NCBI GenBank assembly: GCA_036679605.1
Contig: JAZDCZ010000020.1
Location: 1 to 58,902 of the forward strand
From: Gemmatimonadota bacterium
Lineage (GTDB): Bacteria > Gemmatimonadota > Gemmatimonadetes > Gemmatimonadales > GWC2-71-9
DNA length: 58,902 nucleotides
Direction: 5' to 3'
Part shown: positions 48,020-58,255 of the stretch, piece by piece
Position numbering within the stretch: position 1 is the first letter of the stretch
Layout: every line of letters starts with the position of its first letter
Notes under the pieces: generated by a model
What the model saw: the letters and a program-made list of their open reading frames with translations, nothing else
Database searches by the model: none
Told to the model about the DNA's origin: nothing
Position numbers and translations under genes: made by a program

Positions 48020-48901
48020 TTAGAGCATGAGCAGCGGTATCTGCCGCAGCTCGATCGCCAGAGGATACGCCAGTCCATGCATCGCAAGCTGATCCTCGTC
48101 CTTCGTGTTGAAGACGAGAAGATCGACCTCGTGCTCATCGATGAGCCGCTCATACTCGCGCAGCCGGTGCCCGATCGTCACGATGCTCTCGACCGTCACC
48201 GGCACCCTGGCCTCATCAAGCGTCGCACGGCACGATTCGATGTAATCTCGCGGCTCGTCAAGCAGGCGCTCCATGATGTCCCTGCGGGCAGCATCGGTAT
48301 CGATCGATGAGATCCTCCCGATGACCTCCATGAACCCCTCGAAGGCGGCCTCGTCCTGGACGTGCGCGAGCTGAAGCCGGCCTTCCGGCTCGGTGAAACG
48401 GACACCCCAATTGACGAGCCGGTGGTCGCCGACCAAGTGATCGGTCATGGCCATGACACAACTCGTTCTTTGTAGTGCGTGCTCGGATGCTCGCTGTGCC
48501 TCGGGATGAGGCAGCACGATTACAGGCGTGGTCGTGACTTGGGTCAACACATCCACGTACTCCCCGAGAGTATAGGGCCACTGCCAACTCTCGCTGTGGA
48601 GGTGCCGGTATGTAATCATGAGATCGGGCCGCGCTGCCTCGATCAACTCGAGGAGTTTCGGTACGGTGCCGAACTCCTCTCCATGGACGACCCGCCACAC
48701 CACGTCATCGCCATCGATCACGCGAAGGAACTGCTGGATGGTGCTGCCTAGGCGGCCTGCTTCGTACTTCCCTAGATCGGTGATGATGAGAGCGGAGCGA
48801 ATCTCGACCGGTCTGTACTCGAAGACCGACTTGGAGGCAGCGCGGAAGGCGCTCTCGAACTGGTCGATCTTGCTGACGGCGGTTCCCTCGGTGCGCTCCA
48901 T
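48020..48901 (-). CDS. Tandem universal-stress-protein-like protein
   Basis: Two USP-like halves (PDLMITY...TPVIVLP; VDLLVF...IPLLML); 4 nt upstream of the permease. Confidence 0.65.
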   Translation of the reverse strand: MERTEGTAVSKIDQFESAFRAASKSVFEYRPVEIRSALIITDLGKYEAGRLGSTIQQFLRVIDGDDVVWRVVHGEEFGTVPKLLELIEAARPDLMITYRHLHSESWQWPYTLGEYVDVLTQVTTTPVIVLPHPEAQRASEHALQRTSCVMAMTDHLVGDHRLVNWGVRFTEPEGRLQLAHVQDEAAFEGFMEVIGRISSIDTDAARRDIMERLLDEPRDYIESCRATLDEARVPVTVESIVTIGHRLREYERLIDEHEVDLLVFNTKDEDQLAMHGLAYPLAIELRQIPLLML

Positions 48902-49224
48902 GCGCCCGAATCTACCCTTCGCACTGCACCTCGCTACCACCGCGGACCTTCTATCCAGATGAGAGTCGGGCCGGCTAGCGCAACACCATCACTCGCCCCT
49001 GGTCACGAAAGGTATCGGGCACGACTTCCACCGCGCCACGATCGAAACGTCGCGCCCATTTTAGCACATATAGGGTACTTTTTGTGTTCTTTGATGAGAA
49101 AAATACCCTATTTGTTATATTTGTAGCACCCTTTTCGGTCCCCGCCAGCCTTGCGACTACGGTGCACCAAGGGGAAGTTCCGGGGCGTAACACAACATCA
49201 CTCAACCCCCAGCGTCAGTGGATC

Positions 49225-52200
49225 ATGAAACCCATACTCGTTGCCATCGCCACGCTCGTCGCGATCGCGTCTCCCGTTCGCGCGGTCGTGGCTCAGCAGG
49301 ACTCCGCTCAGGCCGACACCACCGAGAAAAAGAAAGTTGGGCTTCCACTCGAGGCCGGCCGCGTCATTCCGATCTCGACAACAGAGGCCAGTTGGCTCTC
49401 GCTGGACGTGAGCCCCGACGGGGAGACGATTGTCTTCGACCTCCTGGGCGACATCTACACCATTCCCTTCGAAGGCGGCAAGGCGATGCCGATTACGACG
49501 GGGATGGCGTTCGACGGCCAGCCCCGGTTCAGCCCCGATGGCAAGAGCATCGTGTTTACGTCGGACGGAAATGGCGGCGAGAACCTCTGGATCCTGGACC
49601 TCGAGACTGGCGATACCACGCAGCTTACAAAGGCCAAGGTGCATCGTTATCAATCGCCGGAGTGGTCGCCGGACGGCCAATACATTGTGGCGTCCCGGGC
49701 GGGGCTGCGATCGGGGGTCGGTAAGATTCGCCTCTGGCATAAACTGGCAGTAGAATGCTATCTACCCGCAGTACCAACTCGCGGTCTACGATCGAGAGAC
49801 GGGTCAGCGGTACACCCGCTCGTCTCGCGTCGGGTCGGCTCTCCGGCCCACGCTGTCCCCCGATGGCAAGTGGTTGGTCTACGGTACCCGACTCGACGCG
49901 AAGACCGGCCTCAGAATTCGCGATCTCGAGTCTGGCGAAGAACGCTGGTTGGCATATCCGATCCAGCGCGATGACCAGGAGTCCCGCGCCACCAGGGATG
50001 TGCTTCCCGGAATGTCGTTTACGCCCGATTCGAAGGAATTGGTGGCGTCGTACGGTGGGAAGATCTGGCGCATACCCGTCGACGGCAGCGATCCCATCGA
50101 GATTCCGTTTGCGGTCGACGTAGATCTGGAAATTGGACCTAAGCTCGCGTTCGAATACCCGATCGAAGATTCCGAACAGTTTGTCGTCAGGCAAATTCGC
50201 GACGCTGTCCCTTCTCCGGACGGATCCAGGCTCGCGTTTGTAGCGTTGGATCGTCTCTACGTCATGGATTATCCCGGTGGTGAGCCGCGACGCCTCACTG
50301 AAGCCGAGATGACCGAAGCTCAGCCCACCTGGTCTCCCGACGGGCGTTGGATCGGATACGTCACTTGGTCCGAAACCGAAGGTGGACATCTCTACAAGGT
50401 TCGGTCGGACGGCCGCCGCGATCCGGACCGTCTCACGACAAGACCCGCCATCTATCAGCAGCCGGCCTGGTCGCCCGACGGCGGGCGCATCGTCATGATC
50501 GCCGGACCGGCGAACACCTACCGCCAATCGACGGGACCGCGGGCGGCTGGTTCGGCGGACGAGTTTGTCTGGGTGTCGTCGGATGGCGGTGACCCGACGT
50601 CGATCAGTCCGACCGCGGGACGAAGTGCGCCGCACTTCACCCAGGATCCAGGACGGATCTATCTCACGCACAGAAGTCGTGGTTTGGTGTCCATCCGATG
50701 GGACGGAACGGACGAGAAGGAGCACGTGAAGGTGACCGGTGTGAAGGCGCCCGGTTCAACCAACCCACCGAATGCAGGTGTCATTATGATGGCGCCCGTC
50801 GGCGATCAGGCGTTGGCGCAGGTAGGCCAACATATCTACGTGGTAACGGTGCCCTATGTCGGTGGTGAGACTCCGACGATCTCGGTGGCCAACCCGAGTA
50901 AGGCAACATTCCCAGCACGGAAACTCACCGACATCGGCGGACAGTTTCCGGCGTGGAGTTCCGACGGCCGAAAAGTGCATTGGTCGATTGGCAATGCGCA
51001 CGTCGTCTACGACTTGGATGCGGCAAAGGCGTTTGAGGACAGTGTGGCTGTGAACGAAGGGGACGCGCAGGACGAAGAGATTGAGGAAGATCAGGAAGAC
51101 GAAGAAGACGACGATGAGGACGACAAGTACCAGGCCGGCGAGCGTCGCATCATCATCAATGCGCCACGTGACATCCCACGCGGGACAGTGGTGTTGCGAG
51201 GCGCCAGGGTCATCACGATGAACGGTTCGGAGGTCATCGAGAACGCCGACGTGGTAGTACGCGACAACCGCATCGTGGGCGTCGGCCCCGGTGGGATCGA
51301 TCGACATCCTCATGCGTCGTGGATCACCGAGGATTGTCGATGTTTCGGGAAAGACGATTATTCCCGGTTTGGTCGACGCCCATGCGCATATGTGGCCGCC
51401 CTGGGGAATCCACAAGACCCAGGTTTGGCTCTACCTGGCGAATTTAGCGTACGGAGTTACTACGACGCGGGATCCACAGACGTCGACAACGGACGTACTC
51501 AGCTATGGGGACATGGTGACGGCGGGGGCGTTGATCGGTCCGCGGATCTATTCCACCGGCCCCGGTGTGTTCTGGGGCGAGCAGATCAAGAGTCTCGATC
51601 ATGCGCGTGACGTACTCAAGCGTTACAGCGAGTACTACGACACCAAGACGATCAAGATGTATGTGGCGGGGAATCGTGAGATGCGGCAGTGGATCATCAT
51701 GGCGGCACGCGAACAGAGGCTGATGCCAACTACGGAAGGATCCCTGAATCTCAAGATGAATATCACGGAGTTGATCGACGGCTACCCAGGCCACGAGCAT
51801 TCCTATCCGATCTTTCCGCTCTACCGTGATTTCATAGAACTAGCGGCCCGCTCCGGCATCACGTACACACCGACACTACTGGTTGCGTACGGTGGACCGT
51901 GGGCGGAGAACTACTACTACACCAACGAGAATCCGCACGACGACGTAAAGGTTCGTCGCTTCATGCCACACTCGGAGGTCGATGGTGCTACGCGGCGCCG
52001 CTGCCAAGGCACGGGTCCTGGTCCAGGCGGTTGGTTCATGGATGACGAGTACGTGTTCCGCGAACAGGCCAAGGTCGTCAAGGACATCGTTGAGGCCGGC
52101 GGACGCGCGGGTGTTGGAAGCCACGGGCAGTTTCAGGGGCTGGGGTACCATTGGGAACTTTGGTCCATAGCATCCGGCGGATTGTCAAACCACGATGCGC

Positions 52201-52469
52201 TCCGAGTAGCGACCATTTTCGGAGCCGAGTCCATCGGGCTGCACAACGATATCGGGTCGGTTGAAGCGGGGAAGTTGGCCGATCTCGTGGTGCTGGACGC
52301 AAATCCGCTCGACGACATCCGTAACACCAACACGATCCGGTACGTGATGAAGAACGGCCGGCTCTACGACGGCGATACGCTCGACGAAATCTGGCCGCGC
52401 GACGTGAAGCTGGAACTGCCGGCGTTCTGGGAGGACGCACCGGCAACGAGGGCCGGCGTCCGACGGTAA
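49225..52469 (+). pseudogene. Secreted PD40-propeller + amidohydrolase, disrupted
   Basis: Three consecutive ORFs form one architecture (DVSPDG repeats, IIPGLVDAHAH, GKLADLVVLD); frame change with an in-frame TAG near 49750 and a frameshift near 51300. Confidence 0.85.
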
Positions 52470-52510
52470 GCCGACTCTCGATTCAATTCGAAACCTTTCT
52501 TTAGGCGGGC

Positions 52511-52620
52511 GATCCGCTGCGGACTTCCTTCAACGCAGACAGCGGCAAGGTGCGCGTGCTGATGTTGGTGGCTCCAACCTCAGGGGGCTGTCTCCGGGGG
52601 TCCTCGGAACCGCAGAAACA
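52511..52620 (+). pseudogene. Remnant of a thioredoxin-like (U/C)xxC protein
   Basis: DPLRTSFNADSGKVRVLMLVAPT-S(TCA)-GGCLRGSSE; no start codon, in-frame stop upstream. Confidence 0.5.
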
Positions 52621-52819
52621 TCTTTCATTTAACGTTTGACGGTCCGCGGCCGTGCTTTCTCCAGTAACTGACATCCTGGCCGAACTCTAGTCCTCTGCAC
52701 GGCTAAAGACCCCCCGCATCAATGCCCCGACAAGCTGCATCATAGAGCCTGAATCAGAGCCACTTAACACCTGAATTAGGGCCACTTTCTGTGGGAAAAA
52801 AGCGCAATATACGAATCTC

Positions 52820-52848
52820 TTGACATTATGTAAGAAATATCTTACTAT
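52820..52848 (+). promoter_or_regulatory. sigma70 promoter with an overlapping palindromic operator
   Basis: TTGACA-17-TACTAT with GTAAG-N6-CTTAC in the spacer and -10. Confidence 0.8.
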
Positions 52849-52961
52849 ATGTAACGTATGTCGTATATCGGCGGCCCGCCAGATGGTGGAATTGACGTGG
52901 TTTCGGGCGGGCGGACCACCGACGAAATCGAGAATCCGAGTAGCAGAAGGAGGGTGACGTT

Positions 52962-54632
52962 ATGTCTAAAGTGCTAGGCGCGTGGAAACGATACGGTGCG
53001 TACTTACCGTTCCTGCTGTGCTGCAAAATAACCGTTGCCGAGGCACAGCAATCCGAGGTGAGCCAACTCGCTCAGCGACTCGAAGACCTTGTTCGAGTAC
53101 TCGATAGTAGTCGGGTTGCTCAGCACATCCCTGGGCTAGCAATCGCCGTCGTCAAGGATGACGAGGTCATTTTAGTGCGTGGCCTTGGGTTCGCTAATAT
53201 CGAGTCGAAGACACCAGTTACGGCCGAGACGCGGTTTCCAATTGGCTCAGCGACCAAGCCTTTCACTGCAGCTGCCATCGCGACACTGGTTGATGATGGG
53301 GTCATGCGTTGGGACGACCCGGTGACGCATTACTTGCCCTTCTTGCGCTTGCGGCCTGCAAGTGAAGACGGCGATACCGTTGTAACGATTCGAGACTTGC
53401 TGGCCCACCGTACTGGGTTTGCGGGAATGACCCGATTGTTCCTCCCCGTCAACGTTACACGCGAGGCTGCGCTCCGCGCCGCTGCGAACGCCGAACCCAT
53501 GGTCGGGTTCCGGCGCCGGTTCCTTTATAGCAACGCCATGTATGTTGCCGCCGGTGCCGCCGCAGGCAGTGCGGGGAAGTCGAGTTGGGAGACTCTGGTC
53601 ACACAGCGCTTGCTTGAGCCGTTGGGGATGACTAACTCGTACACATCCGACACACGCTTCATGACTGATCCTCGGAGAGCCGTCGGGTACCTCTGGGATC
53701 AGGGCCGCGAGCAGTTCACTCAGCAACCGCCCAGACGAGTCGGCGCGCTTGCTCCGGCAGGGGCAATCGTTTCCACAGCAAAAGACATGACGCAGTGGAT
53801 CCGATTCCAGCTGGGTCGAGGTGCAATAGATAACCAGCGTCTCGTGAGTGACTCGGTGTTGCAAGAAACCTGGACGAGCCAGATCGAAATACGCGACGGC
53901 CTGAGTTATGGCTTTGGATGGTTCCTAAGAGAATGGCAGGGGCAGCCGGTTATCGAACATGGAGGCAACGTCCGTGGCTTCGCCGCCCAGGTGGCTCTGC
54001 TTCCCGAATCGAACTTGGGGTTTGTCCTCCTCATGAACGTGACCGCGGCTCCGCTACAACAAGCGTCCAGAGACGTCGTATGGGAGGCGCTGTTGGGTAA
54101 ACCGTCCGTTGCGTCGGCTAGCAATTTCGGTGAGGACTACTCGTCCTTGATCGGCACTTACTTGCCTACGCACCGAAACGGCGAGTTCAAAGTGATGGAA
54201 CTGAACGGACGCCTGGCAGTCGAGATGCCTCCAACTCCTCAACCGTTCGAGCTGCATTCCCCGGATGAGAACGGGCTGTGGCGTTTCATCCGCACCGACC
54301 GGATGGCGGTGTCCTTCGAGCGGGACGACGAGGGTACTGTCGTAGCCATGAAGGTGCATACGGGAGGGCAGGTGTTCGAATGTGTTCGCGCAGGAGTCGA
54401 AGTCACGCCCGAGATAGACCTTGGAGAGTTGGCCAAGTACTTGGGGAGCTACCGCTCGAAGAGATCAGGCACGATCATGCGCGCGTTCGCGCAGAACAAC
54501 CGCCTCGCCCTCGAGGTACAAGGCCAGGCTATTTACGAGCTGTATCCACCGACCGAGGACGGACCCTCGTCGACCCTTCATCTACGGTGGGGGTTCCCAC
54601 GCGCGTGCTCTTCGAAGATTACCGTGATGTAG
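52962..54632 (+). CDS. Beta-lactamase-family serine hydrolase with DUF3471-like domains; C-terminus truncated by deletion/frameshift (orphan tail to 54778)
   Basis: GSATK, LLAHRTG, YSN, HGG; out-of-frame tail FEDYRDVEGVQIPFRI at about 54565-54778. Confidence 0.8.
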   Translation: MSKVLGAWKRYGAYLPFLLCCKITVAEAQQSEVSQLAQRLEDLVRVLDSSRVAQHIPGLAIAVVKDDEVILVRGLGFANIESKTPVTAETRFPIGSATKPFTAAAIATLVDDGVMRWDDPVTHYLPFLRLRPASEDGDTVVTIRDLLAHRTGFAGMTRLFLPVNVTREAALRAAANAEPMVGFRRRFLYSNAMYVAAGAAAGSAGKSSWETLVTQRLLEPLGMTNSYTSDTRFMTDPRRAVGYLWDQGREQFTQQPPRRVGALAPAGAIVSTAKDMTQWIRFQLGRGAIDNQRLVSDSVLQETWTSQIEIRDGLSYGFGWFLREWQGQPVIEHGGNVRGFAAQVALLPESNLGFVLLMNVTAAPLQQASRDVVWEALLGKPSVASASNFGEDYSSLIGTYLPTHRNGEFKVMELNGRLAVEMPPTPQPFELHSPDENGLWRFIRTDRMAVSFERDDEGTVVAMKVHTGGQVFECVRAGVEVTPEIDLGELAKYLGSYRSKRSGTIMRAFAQNNRLALEVQGQAIYELYPPTEDGPSSTLHLRWGFPRACSSKITVM

Positions 54633-54847
54633 AAGGGGTGCAGATTCCGTTTCGCATCATTACAGAGAATGCAGTTGCCGGGCGCGCGATCGTCCAGTTC
54701 GACGAGGTCGCGGTCCGACTGGAGCGAGATAACGAGTTGTTCACCCCACGCTCGAACCTGGGTGACGGCACGTCTTAGGTGCTAGTAGATACGATCCTAG
54801 GTTGCATTGAGACCGGTTATATCGGCAAGGAACGAAAGGAGTAAATA

Positions 54848-55435
54848 ATGGAACTCTCATCTTTTATGGTTCCCATACTAGCAGTAGCGCTTGTGGGACT
54901 CGCGGTGACCGTGGTTTTCCTCCTGCGGTCGCGGCCCCGAGACACGCTCTCTCCTGAGGAAAGAAGTGAACTCGCCAAGGCGCCCATGCCTCGTTTGCAG
55001 AAGCGTGCCTGGTGGGGTGTTGCGATTAGTGGACTGACGTTCGTGACAGTTTCATCGATTCTCTTCAGCCAGGGTGCGGCTGCATACTGGGACAACGACG
55101 ATTTAAGGTTGCTCGTGATAGGGATCTTTCTTGGAGGGTTGTTCGCGTACGTCGCTGTGGTCTTGGTTGCTATGGCCAAGGACGAACGCGACAATCAACT
55201 GGACGAACGAGATCAGCTGATCCTGCGTCGTGCCGCAACAACACAAGTGACAATGATGATCTTGACCTTGGCCGCGTGGCTGGTTGCTCTACCCAAGATG
55301 TTCCACGAGCAAGGGGCCATCCCGACCGTGTACCTCTATCTGATGTTCGGATCGGTCATCCTGGTGAGCCTACTTGGTCAGTCGCTAGGGATTTTGATAG
55401 GTTACTGGATTGGAGGCAGGTTTGGCCAAAGATGA
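54848..55435 (+). CDS. Multi-pass membrane protein (DUF2178-like DERD motif)
   Basis: AAGGAG RBS, five hydrophobic helices, LDERDQLI; overlaps the XRE gene. Confidence 0.75.
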   Translation: MELSSFMVPILAVALVGLAVTVVFLLRSRPRDTLSPEERSELAKAPMPRLQKRAWWGVAISGLTFVTVSSILFSQGAAAYWDNDDLRLLVIGIFLGGLFAYVAVVLVAMAKDERDNQLDERDQLILRRAATTQVTMMILTLAAWLVALPKMFHEQGAIPTVYLYLMFGSVILVSLLGQSLGILIGYWIGGRFGQR

Positions 55436-55649
55436 AATTGGCAATCACATCCGCCGACTGCGCTTCGACCACAACGAGATGACCCAGCAGGAGCTGGCCG
55501 AGCGTGCGGGATGCACGCGGCAGACGATCATTCTCTTGGAACAAGGGCGATACGTGCCTTCCCTTGGCCTCGCGTTCAGGATAGCCCGTACGTTTGGGCT
55601 TGGCTTGGACGAGGTGTTCGAGTACTTGGGCGACGGCCCGGCCCACTAG
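55422..55649 (+). CDS. XRE-family HTH regulator
   Basis: TTG start after [41 protein letters not shown]. Confidence 0.9.
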   Translation: MAKDEIGNHIRRLRFDHNEMTQQELAERAGCTRQTIILLEQGRYVPSLGLAFRIARTFGLGLDEVFEYLGDGPAH

Positions 55650-55710
55650 CGAAGTGCCTTGCTGGATGGGGTAGGACAGGTGGCGGAAGGCCGTAAGGAG
55701 TCATGTCGTA

Positions 55711-57243
55711 ATGGGAACAGAGTCACTTCTGAAAATCGTGTTTGGCGGTATGGCCGTCATGTCCTTTTCCTCTGGGAGACTCGCTGGCCAGGAAAACGAC
55801 AATACGAGTCGCGCGCAACTCGACCGAATCGATAGCTACGTAGCGGCAAGGCTCGAACGCGGTCGCATTCCGGGAGCCGCGCTGGCGATCGTGCACGGTG
55901 ACAGCATACTGCACCTGCGGACGTTCGGAATCGCCGATCCGTCAGGTCGGCCAGTCGTGGTAGAGACGCCGTTCATCCTCGGCTCGACGAGTAAGGCGTT
56001 GACTGCTACAGCCGTCATGCTACTGGTCGACGCGGGGAAACTCGAACTCGATTCTCCGGTGACACGGTATCTGCCATGGTTTCGCGCAGCCGATGCCGAA
56101 GCCTCAGGCAAGATCACGGTGCGCGATCTCTTGAACCATACGTCAGGTTTGTCCGAAGCCGCCGGCCGTGCCAGACTGGCAGAAAGAGACACCAGCGCCA
56201 TGGCGTTGGAACGCCACGTGCGAGCCGTGGGCGACGTCCGGCTGGTACACACCCCAGGGTCGGCGTTCGAGTATTCCAATACGAACTACAGTGTGCTCGG
56301 CATGATCGTGCAAACTGTGTCAGGACAGTCCTACGAATCGTTCATCCAGGAGCACCTCTTCAACCCACTTGAAATGAGGGGGAGTTTCACTGCGCAGGGC
56401 GCGGCCGTGCGAGCGGGGATGGCTACGGGATATCGCTACTGGTTCGGTTATCCCAAGGCGGCATCAGCGATGCCGTTTGTTCGATGGGCTGCGCCGGGCG
56501 GCTACCTGATCTCAAACGTAAGTGACTTGTCGCACTTTCTCATCGCGCATCTGAACCAAGGCTCGTACGCCGGAACGAAGGTCATATCGGCGGAAGGCAT
56601 GCGAGAGCTACATCGACCGGTGGCCGAGCTGTCGCCCAATCTGACGTACGCAATGGGATGGGTCGCCGAAACTGGAGATGAGGAACTCGTGCTGTGGCAC
56701 AATGGATCGACGCCCAACTTCTATTCATATATGGCGTTGCTGCCCGAGAGCCGGTTGGGCGTCGTTTTTCTCGCCAACGCGGTCGACCTCTTTGTGGCAG
56801 ATCAGTTCGACGCTATCCCACGCGGCGTGATCGCCCTGCTGCTCAGCAAGGAACCCGGCATTGGAGCGGACGCATCCTTCCACCCATTGCTTGGCTTCGC
56901 GTTGATCTATGTTCTGTCGGCCTTCCTGTTGCAACTTTGTTGGGTGGTGTTCTCCGTCGCTGTGCGCCGTCCATGGCGAAGAGCCGGGCAGAACGGTTCG
57001 GGCGTTTGGGGCAGTAAGGCGTGGCGAATTGGATCGCCGCTCCTACTCAACGCTGGCTGGGTGTTCGGCGTTTTGGTCTACCTTCCGGCTACGCAAGCGA
57101 CATCTCTACCCGTCATGATTCTCTATGTACCGGACGTGAGCTACGTGGTTATGGCCAGCGCTGCCGTCGCCATCGTCTGGGGTTGCACACAGGCAGGCCT
57201 CCGGCTCAGCATTCTGCTAAGGCAGTCACAAGTGATTCCTTGA
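55711..57243 (+). CDS. Beta-lactamase-family serine hydrolase with C-terminal TM helices
   Basis: GSTSK, LLNHTSG, YSN, HNG. Confidence 0.88.
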   Translation: MGTESLLKIVFGGMAVMSFSSGRLAGQENDNTSRAQLDRIDSYVAARLERGRIPGAALAIVHGDSILHLRTFGIADPSGRPVVVETPFILGSTSKALTATAVMLLVDAGKLELDSPVTRYLPWFRAADAEASGKITVRDLLNHTSGLSEAAGRARLAERDTSAMALERHVRAVGDVRLVHTPGSAFEYSNTNYSVLGMIVQTVSGQSYESFIQEHLFNPLEMRGSFTAQGAAVRAGMATGYRYWFGYPKAASAMPFVRWAAPGGYLISNVSDLSHFLIAHLNQGSYAGTKVISAEGMRELHRPVAELSPNLTYAMGWVAETGDEELVLWHNGSTPNFYSYMALLPESRLGVVFLANAVDLFVADQFDAIPRGVIALLLSKEPGIGADASFHPLLGFALIYVLSAFLLQLCWVVFSVAVRRPWRRAGQNGSGVWGSKAWRIGSPLLLNAGWVFGVLVYLPATQATSLPVMILYVPDVSYVVMASAAVAIVWGCTQAGLRLSILLRQSQVIP

Positions 57244-57395
57244 CCACCGTTTGTCATCCACTCTACTTATAACGTTAGTGGCCGGCGCTTCTCTGGACGA
57301 TGGACGCCTCCCTCGCCGCCGCTGGCTGGCTTCATATTTCCGCGGAGCAGCGGTAAATGCGGAGTTGCGATTGATTCGGTCCGAGCTTACGGTGG

Positions 57396-57451
57396 TGCGT
57401 CCTCTGAGGACGCAGTTCTTGGCCGAGCGAGCCCTCGTTAGGGCTCGACTC
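57396..57451 (-). repeat. Dispersed REP-like element (bulged hairpin plus GCGTCCTC/GAGGACGC hairpin)
   Basis: Minus strand GAGTCGAGCCCTAACGAGGGCTCGCTCGGC...TGCGTCCTCAGAGGACGCA; same layout as 17986-18040. Confidence 0.8.
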
Positions 57452-57678
57452 ATACAAGTTGATGGACTCGCTCGAATTTTCGAGGTGCCTCGAATTTCGA
57501 ATTGGGCTCGAGTGCCGCATTGAAATGCAATAGTTGCAGTTCAGTGGTTGCAGAATTCAGATTTCCAAATTGAGAAGCTATGATTACGGTTCGGCAGTTG
57601 CAGAAACTAGATTTCCGCTTGATTCTATATCAAGCTTTGTTAGCTACCACGGGAACATCCAACTCAAACGAGGTGAGA

Positions 57679-58206
57679 ATGAAACTGAAGCGTTTGGCGC
57701 TCGCTGTATGGGCGGGGCTGCTCGTGGCTGCACCACAGATGTCAGCCCAAGAAACCACAACGATCATTCTGGTTCGCCACGCCGAGACGAGAGATGAACC
57801 GGGAAACAGAGATCCTGAATTGAGCGCGGCCGGACAAGACCGTGCCCGCGAACTCGTGCGTGTACTGGGCGAAGCGAAGATCACAGCCGTCTATTCGACG
57901 CCGCTACACCGCACGCTCAGCACTGCGCGACCTACCGCCGAGCGACTCGGCCTCGAGATCAAGACGCTGGCTCCGACGCGTACATTGGTCGCAGACATGG
58001 CGAAGGTGCTGCGCGAGAATCACGCTGGAGAAACCGTCTTGGTTGTGAACCACAGCAACACGGTCCCCGCGATCATCAACGCTCTGGGGGCGGGGCCGTA
58101 CGAGCAGCTTGGTGAGAACGAATACGACGACCTGTTTGTTGTGACTCTCGCGGCGGACGGCACCGCTTCTTCGGTGCGCCTAAAGTACGGTAGGGAGACT
58201 CCCTAG
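57679..58206 (+). CDS. Secreted histidine phosphatase family (SixA/PGM-like) protein
   Basis: Signal peptide, LVRHAE, STPLHRT, VLVVNHSN. Confidence 0.88.
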   Translation: MKLKRLALAVWAGLLVAAPQMSAQETTTIILVRHAETRDEPGNRDPELSAAGQDRARELVRVLGEAKITAVYSTPLHRTLSTARPTAERLGLEIKTLAPTRTLVADMAKVLRENHAGETVLVVNHSNTVPAIINALGAGPYEQLGENEYDDLFVVTLAADGTASSVRLKYGRETP

Positions 58207-58255
58207 CCCGGGCCACACTCGCCCTTTCGATCGTTTTACCGTACCTTAGTCCGCC

